A DNA stretch of 63,156 nt, the filler included, from Fonticula-like sp. SCN 57-25 (lineage: Eukaryota), in the NCBI GenBank assembly GCA_001724245.1. It is 12 parts of 12 records of this genome, joined end to end, with 100 filler letters (N's around TTAATTAATTAA, not from the genome) between each part and the next. Parts side by side here need not be neighbours in the genome. Positions count along the whole stretch, not along the records: positions 1 to 5,139 come from MEDX01000616.1; positions 5,240 to 10,373 come from MEDX01000617.1; 10 more parts are not named here. The stretch is one strand, 5' to 3'. Under the pieces are notes generated by a model. The model saw only the letters and a program-made list of their open reading frames with translations, searched no databases and was not told the origin of the DNA. Both the position numbers and the translations under genes were made by a program. Positions 1 to 10,473 of this stretch are shown in pieces; the first letter of the stretch is position 1; each line of letters starts with the position of its first letter.

Positions 1-2088
1 TTTTCCCTTCTTTTACGTACGTTTTCACCGCCTCCTTTGCCGCCTCCTTTCCTTCTTCGCCCTCTGCCGCGCCCGCCACGCGGACCATCCTTGGCGTCTC
101 ATTAATTCTGTCGAGCTCACTTGTCAATGTCGTCTCTGCGAGCGCCACGCGGAGCTCTTCCGAGTGCGCCGCGCCGCTCATGCGCATGGCGAGCTCGAGC
201 TTGAGCTGCAGCGCCCCCGCGCGCACGTGACTCGCGCCCTTGAGCAGCTCGTCGTCGGCCATGTCCATAAAGGTGACGAGCATGCTGCCGCAGCTGTTGA
301 GGAAGAAGCGCTTGAGGGCTTGAAGGTGGCCGAGAAGGTCGCGGTCGGATAGGAGGAGGGAGAGGAGCGTCCGCGAGGCGTGGTCAAAGAGAGTGTCGAG
401 GGAGGAAAGGTACGAACGCGCGTCGGGCGAATAAATCAGCTGCGAAATTGTGAGCAAAAAAGAAAGAAATTGACTAATAAAGAGCGGAAAAAGACAGGCA
501 AAATGATACACAAATCTACATTTACGAGCTTGCACCATCAAAATCAGCGACTTTTATGCACTTATACCATCAAATCACACACTTTCCAATATGCCCATGT
601 TCTCTTCCTTAATTTCCATCCCGCGCACCTTTTCGACGGGCGACTTTATCTGCACGCCGCACTCCTTGACCACGTTCAGGTACTTTCCCGTGGTTAAAAT
701 GCGCTCTGCGACGCCCTCGAGCATTGACGGCACGCCGTTCGCCTCGCTTAGCACGTATCTCATCTCCCAATAAGCGTCATTGAACGTCGCCTGAAGACTC
801 TCCTTTGTCACCTTTTGGTTCTCTTGAATCATAAACTCGCCGTACTCGTCGACAAACACGCCTCGCGTCGTCCACGAGGAGAGCATGGCAAAGTACGGCA
901 CGGCGGCCTGCGAAAGGAGAAATGTCAGCAGCTGCGCAAACTGCGGGTGCCCGCGGTGCGCCGCCAGCTGCCCGTCAAGCAGCGACAAAAGGCGACCGCC
1001 GCGGCATGATGTCGACAGGATCAGCAGCACAAGCGACTGCAATCTGCAAACCGGGCATGAGTCACTGAAGGAAGGGCGAAAAAGGGCGCACTTTTCGAGG
1101 GTGGAGACGGACGGCGCCACGTGGAACCACATGCGCTGCATCGTCAGCTTGCCCTGGCGGAACTCGTGCTCCAGCTGTGACACGAGCACGAGGTATTTCT
1201 GCGGGCGGTCAGCGGTGCACGAGAATGTTGTTAGAGGCGCACCTTCATGAACACGCGGAGAGCGGCGCCAAAGGCGTGCGCCACAAGGCCCGACTCGTGC
1301 TTGGCAAAGTCCTCAACGACGCGCTGGATCGTGACGTACGCGGAGCACATGTGCAGCAGCTTGCGCACGATCTCGGCGAGCTGCGGGGCGCGGTCAGAGA
1401 AGCAAAGCAGAAAAAAGAGACGTACAGAGCGATCAAGGGACTCGTCAAAGAGAAAGGTCGGCGCCTGATCAGACGAGGTCGGCGAGACGCGGTTGTACTT
1501 GATATATGTTCCTTCGATTCCCAGCATGGCAAAGAGCTGCGACAATGGCATGAGGATCAGTGGCGGCCGGCATCAAGTGGAAAACGCACCAGCTCTTCGA
1601 TCATGATCTGCTCCTGCAGGTCGACGGGGTGGCGGCCAATCGATGAGGCAGCCAAGGCGGAGGAAGAAGAGTATGTGGGCTTGGTCGGCGACAGCGTCGA
1701 GCGATTGCCCGCCTTGACCCATGTCGGCACAGGGGGCGCATGCGCGGCAGCGGCCTTTTGATGCGCGAAAGGTTAACATGGCGCTATTGTGCGTCGATGT
1801 CAGTATGCGCACCTTGTTGCCAAATGGCGAAATCGACTGCTCCTGCTGCTGCTTGCGCGTCGCCGCGACCGTCGCCGCCAGCTCGCCGTACACCTGCGTC
1901 TGTGGGCCGTCGGCAGCGTTCGTGAGCCGAGCGCGGATCCGCTGACGCTCGCGCTCCGTAAGGACTCCTACCCCAGTCGCCCCGGCAGCGGAATACAAAG
2001 GAGATGCGCTAGACGCCGCCGAGGCTGCGCTCGCACTGCCGTACGGCGCCGCGGTCCCGTCGTAGGGATCCAGATCCTGGTAGTCCAT
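1..2088 (-). CDS. TUBGCP2: gamma-tubulin complex component 2 (GCP2/Spc97), multi-exon, 3'-truncated at window start
   Basis: Spliced translation from ATG 2088 gives QEQIMIEEL|LFAMLGIEGTYI, GLVAHAFGAALR, TFNDAYWEMRY, ILTTGKYLNVVKECG and LQALKRFFL, all GCP2 motifs. Introns are GT-AG. Confidence 0.9.
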
Positions 2089-2196
2089 GCCCGAGCAACA
2101 CAATTATGGCGCCAAGAGCGGATTCAAAATGTAACGGAACAAATATCACAAAAGGTGACTTTAAAACACATTTTCTCCCACACACTTTCACCAGAG

Positions 2197-2268
2197 TCCC
2201 CTTTGGTCTAGGGGTTAGGATTCAAGACTCTCACTCTTGAGGCCCGGGTTCGATTCCCGGAGGGGGAA
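2197..2268 (+). tRNA. tRNA-Glu(CTC), followed by CCA (2269-2271) and T7 Pol III terminator
   Basis: Acceptor TCCCCTT/AGGGGGA; D arm TGGTCTAGGGGTTAGGA; anticodon stem CAAGA/TCTTG with loop CTCTCAC (CTC at 2230-2232); T loop GGTTCGATTCC. Confidence 0.95.
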
Positions 2269-2373
2269 CCATTTTTTTGCCCTTTTTTTGCTCGGGCAGA
2301 GGCGAAGTCTGCCCCAGATTTCAGTTTGACGGTCGCGTGCGGATCGCTCTTGGATCTCGCAGCATCGCTTTGA

Positions 2374-3613
2374 ATGAGTGGCTGGTATGATCTTTTGTCC
2401 GCTGGAGACGTTCTTTTGCTCGTTTTGTCTCATATTTTTTCTTTTTTTTTGTAGGGACCCGGCTGCTGCTGCTGCCGCGGCTGCCGCCGCCGCTGCGGCT
2501 GCTACTCTTGGACTTTCGAACCCCACAGCGACCTCGTCGGCATCCACGCCTTCCGCTGCCCCTGCGGCTGCCCCCTCTGCGCCGGTAGGTCTTGCGCCTC
2601 CCTCTCCATTTCCTACCTCTGCGGCGCCTCCCGTTGCACCTGGAATGCCCCCGCCGTCGCCGCAGGCCCTCTTTATGCTCCAGCAGCAGCAGATGCAGTA
2701 CTACCAGTATTACTATGCCGCGATGCAGGCCGCGGCAGCGGGTGCGCCTGCTGCACCGTCCGCGTCAGCCGCTGCTCCCACTACGCTGATGCCTGTTGCG
2801 TCTACCCTGCCGCCGCCGCCGCCGCCGCAGACGTCGCTGACGCCGCGCGTCGCATCTCCCGCGCCATCGCGCACCGTGTCCTCTGGCATGCCCACCACGC
2901 CGCAGCGGGATCGCCGCGACGATCGCGACACCGCCGACGGCAGGGACCGCGACAGCCGTGACTATGGAAGGGACCGCGACAGCCGCGACTATGGAAGAGA
3001 TCGGGACGGCCGCGACTACCGTGATGGCCGTGACTATGGCCGTGACAGCCGCGACTACCGGGACGGTCGCGACTATGGCAGGGACAGCCGCGATTATAAC
3101 AGGGACGGTCGTGACTATAATAGGGATGGCCGCGACTCTAGAGACGCTCGCGACTACCGCGACAGCCGCGACTATGGCCGTGATGCGCATCGTGATGGCG
3201 GGTACAGCCGCGGCGAATACCGCGGCGGCCGCAGTTCATCGCCGCTGGGGAGCAGCCGCCCCGACTCTCCGCGCGGGGCGTCGACGCCGACGCGCACGCT
3301 GAGCACGCCGTTGGTCTCGTCGCCGCCGATCTCGCGGCGGCCGTCCGAGTACGCCCAGCAGATGCCGCCGGCGCAGCCCCAGATTCAGCCCCAGACACAG
3401 CCGCGGCGGAAGGAGTGGGTGGCCGATGCCGAGCGCGATCTCAGGGCCATGTGGGATGAGGCGGCGGCGCTGTTTGCCGAGCGGACGCGCATGGACGCGG
3501 CGCTGCGCCACGCGATGAGCGACGTCGACGCGACCACGTGGGAGATGGAGAAAGCTGATGCGCTCGTGCAGCTCGCAGAGTCGCAGCTCTCCGCCTTCCT
3601 GACGGCAATCTGA
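2374..3613 (+). CDS. Low-complexity protein with Pro/Ala/Gln-rich N-terminus, RDY/RDGRD mixed-charge repeats and C-terminal coiled coil
   Basis: Exon 1 2374-2384 (MSG W), intron 2385-2454 (GTATGA...TTGTAG), then the open frame of the 411-aa ORF. Confidence 0.7.
2930..3200 (+). repeat. Coding tandem repeat (GRDSRDY / RDGRDY units)
   Basis: Recurrent cgcgactacc/cgcgactatggc units of 18-27 nt in the DNA; about 12 RDY/RD units in the protein. Confidence 0.85.
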
Positions 3614-3978
3614 GGACAAGGTTTTATATTCGTTGTACATAGTGTTGTAGAGTATGTGTGGGCGCTGTGCGCGCTGTTAATGGACGTGGCAAGAGAACTG
3701 AATTGGCAGTAAAGTGGACCAAAAGTGCATACAATCGTCTCATACAATGTTGACTTCGATATCGCGTCTCATTTCCTTTCCTTTCTTCATTATTCGCGTT
3801 AAGACAAAAAGGTTGACTTCATCTCGCTTAGCATAAACCTAAACGCCTTTCTAAGCCACTATGCCTTTTCATGACATAAAACATTGATCCTATCTAGCAT
3901 TTATTATTCTTTCTTGGTATCAGAAATCGTCGGGCATTGCCCACATTTACCTCGAATGTTTCTTTTTTGGCCTTTCCT

Positions 3979-5139
3979 CTAAGCCGTCTTCTCGACGAGC
4001 CTAAGAAGGAACTTGCTCCCCTTAATTTCCTGCTCCTCCTCAATGATGATCTTGCCCTTTGGCGCACCCTCGGCATCGGCCGGCACCGGCACGCCCCTGC
4101 ACGCCCTGACGATGACATCAGCCTGCGTGGCGAGCGCGCTGGCAAGCTGCTGGCCGGGGTCGGCGCGCATCTCAAAGCACATGGCGACGTCGTCCGTGGC
4201 CTTGAGCTCGGCCTTCTTGCGGAGGCGCTGAACACGGTTGACAATCTCGCGCGCGAGGCCCTCCTCGGCGAGCGAGTCGTCGGGCGTCATGTCGAGGAGC
4301 ACGAGCAGGTTGCCGCTCTGGTTAAGCTCGAGGACGCGCTTGGAGGCGCCGGTAGCGGCGCCGCTGCCGGCCTGCATCACAATAACAATGTCGTCCTGGG
4401 CAAGCGTGTGGCCGCAGAGCGTCACAGTGCTCGTCTCGCGGTACTCATTGATGGCGTCGAGAGACATGCCTAAGGGGCGTCAGTAAGGCACAATAATACC
4501 ATCAAATACATAAAATTATGAAAAGGGACCATCGCATCAATAGCAGACACAATTCCCGCCCAATTCCGTTTCCCTTTAAACGCACCCCTGATGGCGGCGG
4601 TGACCTTTTGGAGGTCCGGGCCGAGCCTCTTGCCGAGCGCCTTAAAGTTGGGGTCCGCCTTGAACTCGACGCCGTACGCGGCACGGTCGAGCGTGCACGT
4701 GAGCTGGCGCGCGTTCAACTCCTCCAGAATGTAGCTGCGCAGGCCCGACGCGTCGTCGAGCGCCTGCTGGTCCGACGTCAGCACAATGACCTCGCGGACA
4801 GGCGTCTTGAGCGACACGTTCTTGCGCTCACGGATGACGCGGCCGAGCTCAATCACGCGCTGCATCACGCTCGTGGCGCTGGGAAAAGAAAGGACATATT
4901 AGTACAGGGAGTAAAGCAACGGGATAGTCAAAAAAATGCATAAAAGGGGAATGAACTTGACATTCTGCCAACTTTGCTTCATTCCCTCCTTTCCCGTGCC
5001 CATCAATGTCATATACTTGTCCCATCCCTGGCCCAAAAGGCTGCTTAGGCGCGTACCGAACGATATCCGTGTCAAAGTACGACTGGGTCGGCTGCGGGAA
5101 CATCATAAAGTGCACACTCCTGGTGTCCTGCTTGGACGC
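3979..5139 (-). CDS. IARS1: Cytoplasmic isoleucyl-tRNA synthetase, C-terminal part (5'-truncated)
   Basis: SVHFMMFP, MQRVIELGRVIRERKNVSLKTPVRE, YILEELN and EGLAREIVNRVQRLRKKAEL; two introns. Confidence 0.92.
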
Positions 5140-5239
5140 NNNNNNNNNNNNNNNNNNNNNNNNNNNNNNNNNNNNNNNNNNNNTTAATTAATTAANNNNN
5201 NNNNNNNNNNNNNNNNNNNNNNNNNNNNNNNNNNNNNNN
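5140..5239. other. Artificial contig spacer (44N + TTAATTAATTAA + 44N). Identical spacers at 10374, 16200, 21436, 26670, 31899, 37115, 42325, 47536, 52747 and 57952
   Basis: The same 100-nt structure occurs 11 times. The 12-mer puts stops in all six frames, and genes are cut at every spacer. Confidence 0.99.
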
Positions 5240-5246
5240 CTTTTAG

Positions 5247-6502
5247 CTAATTTTCATGAACATCTTGTGACATTACCAGAGCAGGAGCAACAAGCACAAC
5301 AATTTCAACAACAATCACTGGGACAAGCACAACAATCACTGGAACAGCCACAACAGACACTGGAACAATCACAACAACAACAACAGCGACAAGAGTATGT
5401 GCCACCGTTCACACTCTATAAGACAATCAAGTTTGGCAAGAGATCATACCCCTGTTGCGCACAATTCTCACCAAATGGCAAATATCTGGCCACCGGGAGC
5501 ATGGATGGATTTTTGGAGATCTGGGATTATGATACTGGGAAGTTGAATATGGAGCTCGAATATCAAGCCAATGATCGCATCATGATGCACAATGATGCTG
5601 TACTTTGCATCTCGTTTTCTGATGACTCGCAATGGATTGCCTCTGGCTCGCGAGATGGAATGATTAAAGTTTGGAACATTTCAACTGGAAAGTGTGCTAA
5701 GCGTTTTGACAAGGCCCACAATTCAAGTATCACAAGTATTGCATTGTGTCATGGAGACCAGATCACCCAGGTGCTCTCTGGCTCCCACGATAGCTGCGCC
5801 AGAATTCATGGCTTCTCATCCAAGGGGCTACTCAAACAGTTCTCTGCACCGAATATGGGCTTTGTAAATAGCGTGGCATACGGTGCTCCAGATAATAACA
5901 TAGTGATCACTGGATCCAGTGATGGACTGGTGAGATTGTGGAATAGAGAGAGCATGGAATGTTCGCAAGTGATTTCACTCACAGAATCACACCCAAAGAT
6001 TGGTGCACCTACGCAAACCATCCACCAAGTAGTGCTGATCCAGGGAAGCCCAAACCCGATACAATCAGGTGCTTCTCTGCTGGTTTGCAATGCATCTCCA
6101 GCACTACACCTTGTGACACTATCTACAGGGGATCACCATCGTACACAGCAGTCACAACAATCACTGCAAGTGCACGGTGATTTTGTTGCATGTGCAGTGT
6201 CACCAATGCACCAGATGGCATTTGGAGTCACCGAACAGGGAACACTGTGTTGTTTCCAGATGCACGAATTCAAGAAGAGTGTGGGAACCTGTGATGAGAC
6301 AGCAGAACCCTGTTCTGAATCCAGCACAATGCAACTGGTGTCTGCAGTCAACATTCGCCAGCAGCAGCTGCAGAAGAAGAAGAGTGGGTCACTGGTGGAA
6401 CAAGTTCCTGATGGTGGAACAATTTTGGCCATGGCACACCACCCGAGTCGTTCGTTGCTGGTGATCTGCAGTGACAAGGGGACAGCCAATTTGTTTATCT
6501 AA
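5247..6502 (+). CDS. SMU1: WD40 spliceosomal protein SMU1, last exon (5'-truncated)
   Basis: IKFGKRSYPCCAQFSPNGKYLATGSMDGFLEIWDYDTGKL..L.YQA.D.IMMH.DAVLC.SFS.DS...ASGS.DG.IKVW is the SMU1 signature. Confidence 0.9.
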
Positions 6503-8305
6503 AAGCATTTCTTTTTTACAATGGACTTTCCACTCTCGTTGTATTCCTTCCTGGATATCCAATCGATCACTGCATCTCCCTGGGCAGCCGCAGTGCACCA
6601 GTCGCTACCACCGAGCCATGCCGAGTGTGCAGCTGGTTCCACTGTCTTGATACCGACCTTCTTGATTCGCGTTTTGAGATCGCTATTCTTCACGAGAGTG
6701 CGAATCTCGCGCTCCACACGCTCATTGAAACCCGGAAGCTGGGATGTTCCACCGGCAAGCACAATATTGCTGAACATTGCGCGTTCCAGCTCGCCACCGG
6801 TAGGTGCGCTCTTTCTGATCGACTCCATGATACAGTTGTGTATTCCAGCGTGGCTGTTGCTCAGCAGTTGCGTCGCAGAGTAGATACTGGGGTCGAAGAG
6901 GGATTCGCAGCTCAGGAAGCACTCCTTGCTTAGCAGAAGCTTCTCGCCACTGGGCAACTCGAGCTCCTGCTCAAAATTCTTTGGATTCTCCCGGAACCCC
7001 TCGAGTTCAAACTTGAGATCCTGGCACACGTAGGCCATGTTTTGCTTTACGTGCTGAACTATGCGGTACTCTTCACTCGGGTCCAGCACGTAGCCACTTT
7101 CGCTCAGTGATCGAGAGACGAGCAACGAAACATCATTACCAGCAACTGGGTATTTGATGCTGCGTGGGAGGGAGGGAGGGAGTGAGTTGGAATTGTTGCA
7201 AATTTCAGTTACAATCATTACCACAATCATCACAACCATTACCACTACCACCATTACCATCATTATCACAATCACTACCACTAACGATATCACCAGCATT
7301 ATCACTACCACCACACGCAACTGGTATACATCTTCACTACTTTCACTCACATACGCACATGTTCTTGTGTTGAACTTTGCCCTTGACAATCGGTGTCACA
7401 AAGGAACATCCAGCGCCAAGGTCACAGCAGATCCCATTTTCCTCGCCCTCCGCACCTCGCATGAAGCTCAGCATCTGCGGTGTCTCGATGAACAGCTGCT
7501 GCGCGCCAAATAGTTCGAAGAACATCTCCGCGATTCCCTCTCTGTGCACGTCGGGCATCGTGGGCTGCGCGGTGACGAGAACGGGCTGCGCGTCGGCGGC
7601 CACATTCAGCTGCGCAAACACACCGCGCCACAGGTGCTCCAGGTGCTCCCAGTCCATCAGCATCCCGCGTTGGATCGGGTATCGCAGGCTGTACTGCTTT
7701 CCGCTCTTCTTGCGCTCCTTTATCTTCTTGAGCGCCTCCTTCCCAACCACCGTTTCACCCTTCTCACCGCTCTAGTTCAGTTATTAGTTCAGTAGTTCAA
7801 TCATTTGTTACAGTAGTTCATTTATTCGTTCATTCAATCATTTGTTCATTCAACCATTTGTTCATTTATTCGTTCAATCATTCGTTCAATAATTCATTTA
7901 TTCGTTTAATAGATCAAACAATCAATCGTTCATTAGTTCATTTCACCGTGTGGTTTTTTTTTTGTTTCAAAACAACACAATATTCTCAAGAAGATACACC
8001 ACATGCACACACCACTTACAGGTTCACAACATGCACACAAACAAGAAAAAGTAACACAACACACAAAAACCAAGTATTACACCACACACTTTTAAGAGAA
8101 CAAGAAACATTTAATGGATACCACACCATTACCACACATTGACGAACAAAACGCAACAAACCAATTGCTCCACGGCTACAATGCTCGGAAACACAAGATC
8201 AGGACCCTTCTTTCCTGCCAGCCCAGCCTTCACCTCAAACGAGCCATTGTCGATGATCAGCGCTGCTGCTGCTTTTTGTACAGTTGGATTTCGTTGTTTA
8301 CTCAT
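6499..8305 (-). CDS. Divergent actin-related protein, 3 exons
   Basis: IIDNGSFEVKAG..G...P..VFPSIV; LRYPIQRG...DWE; NIVLAGGT...PGF.ER; SAWLGGS; C-terminal KKCF. Introns about 8161-7772 and 7358-7160 are phase-compatible. Confidence 0.88.
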
Positions 8306-8348
8306 TGTTGCCCAGTTCAGTTGACCCGTCAATCTCGGATTACAATGG

Positions 8349-10134
8349 TCAACTCTGTTTTACAACAAAAGAAAACTTGACCTTTCTGTTCGGTATTCTG
8401 CCATTATCGTCGTCGTCATCGTCGAATTTGAGCTGGTAGTACTGGCTGTTTGCAGAGCACGGTCTCTCCACGGTAGCCGGATAGAAGGTGGTGGTGTCCG
8501 GGAACATTGCCAAGACAAGAGTGCCCTTTGGGTAGGGCTTATGGGTTGGATAGTCCTTTGGAAGTCGCAACACTCTGTTCCTCGGGAGTTTGTAGTGTTT
8601 GCGCACAGGATTGGGGTCGTTGTCGTCGCCTGGGTCCTCATCGACCACTTCGCAGCGGTTGTTGCCCAACTCCTTGACCAGTGACGCAAGAATCCAGAAG
8701 GATTCCTCTCCATCAGCAGCCCCGGACACGCGTGCTGCAACCTTGTCCCCAGCTAGGAACTCTTGTTCAACAACTTCGTTCAAGTAGGCCTTGCTTCCAG
8801 ACTTGGACTGTGGTGCTGGTTGTTGCTGCTGTTGGCGACCACTTGCTGCTGCTGCCCTTCTCGGTGCTGCAGTGACAGTAGTGGGAGTAGCACTCCTCGC
8901 AGGTGTCTTACCTGCAACTACTGCTGCTGCAGCAGCATTCTTGGAACTAACAGCCTGGGGATCTTCTCTTATCTCTTGGAGCTTCTTTACATCGTCTGCA
9001 CCTTGTTTCAGCTGCTGCTGCTGCTGCTTCTTTACATCATCTGGGATTAGCTTCGGCTGTTGCTGCTTCTTCGTATCATCTGCAACTTGTTTCTGCTTCC
9101 TTGTGTCATCTACAACTTGTTTCTTCTTTGCATCATCTACACTCTGCTTCTGCTGCTTCCTCGTAACATCTACACTCTGCTTCCTCGTATCATCTGCAAT
9201 TTGTTTCTGTTGCTTCCTTGTGTCATCTGAAACTTGTTTCTGTTGCTTAGTTGTATCTTCTGCAGTTGGTTCCAGTGTCACATGTGCCTCTCTTGTACCT
9301 GGTTCTTCCTTTGGTACAAGAGAGTCCATCGGTTCTAGTGGTACTACTGGTGTTGGTGCCACTGGTGCTGCTACAGTGCTGGCAGGTGGAATTGTGTCTG
9401 ACGAAGAAGTGGCAGTGGCAGTGGCAGTTACAGTTGCATCAGAAAGTGGAACATGAGCACTAGAGGGTGCAGCAGCAGCAGCTATCTCACTACCATCTGC
9501 TTGTTGCTGTTGCTGTTGGTTGCTTGTGGTTTCATCCAACGTTGGAGCTGTTGAGCTGCCTGGTGTACTACCAATTGCCTTCTTTTGCTTCTTGTTTGTT
9601 GACTTGCGCACAGAAGAAGCAGCACGCGTCTTATCGGGCTTTGTTTTGGTAGTCATGTTATTGTTGCTGTCATCTAGTTTCTCGATCATGTCCTGGATCT
9701 TTGCTTGCAGAACCAACAGAGCACTAGAAACAAAAATACACAAAAGTAGTAGTAAGTAGTGATGGCGATGGATGAAACAAAAAAACACAAGATCAGTGTT
9801 GGTGTTAGTTTCGATGATAAAACACACACACACACACGCACACGCAAACATACTTCTTCTCGTTATCTGCATTCTTGATTGCATCGCGGTACAGTTTCTT
9901 CAGTTTCGCTTGCTCACTCTCGTGAATGCGGAACTGCGTCGAATGGTCGTTCGGATCATCTGGGTTCTCATCACTGTGCTGCGCCTGCAGTTTCGCAGTG
10001 TGCTGCTCCTGGTCGTCCAAGATGGACTCGTGGAGATCGTGAATGTTTCGCTGTAGCTCGTCGCTCTGCTTCCGCACCACCTTGAAATGATTGACTGCGT
10101 GGCACACGTCCTTTGTGAGTTTAATGGTTGCCAT
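8349..10134 (-). CDS. SGF29: SAGA-associated factor 29 (tandem Tudor), with long low-complexity linker
   Basis: C-terminal GDKVAAR...WILA.....CEVVDEDP and YPKGTLVLAMFPDTTTFYPATV...YQLKFDDD; N-terminal coiled-coil exon KLKKLYRDAI; intron containing (TG)n. Confidence 0.88.
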
Positions 10135-10231
10135 GCTGTATGCGTTGCTGCTCCTCGTCTTCTCTGCCCCACTCCAACACACAACCCAGTTCAACTCAAC
10201 TTGGAATTTTTTCTTTATTTTTTTTCTCCTC

Positions 10232-10312
10232 TTCCTGATTGCGCAACAATTTCACTTATTCTTGATTGCACAACAGTATCACCGATTCTTGATTGCGCAG
10301 CAACAATTTATT
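10232..10312. repeat. 3 x 27-bp degenerate tandem repeat upstream of SGF29
   Basis: TTC(C/T)TGATTGC(G/A)CA units start at 10232, 10259 and 10286. Confidence 0.75.
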
Positions 10313-10473
10313 GTCTTCTTTTTCACAACAAACATTTTTTAAATTGTACAAGGATAACTTTTTCTGATTGTACNNNNNNNNNNNNNNNNNNNNNNNNNNN
10401 NNNNNNNNNNNNNNNNNTTAATTAATTAANNNNNNNNNNNNNNNNNNNNNNNNNNNNNNNNNNNNNNNNNNNN

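Noticed and set aside
200-370. Suspected frameshifts in the last GCP2 exon (absent from the ORF track)
   Set aside because: Re-reading shows a continuous frame (TLLSLLLSDRDLLGHLQALKRFFL...LELAMRMS).
7160-7358. Val/Ile/Met-rich 'transmembrane' stretch in the 296-aa ORF
   Set aside because: It is a translated microsatellite intron of the actin-like gene.
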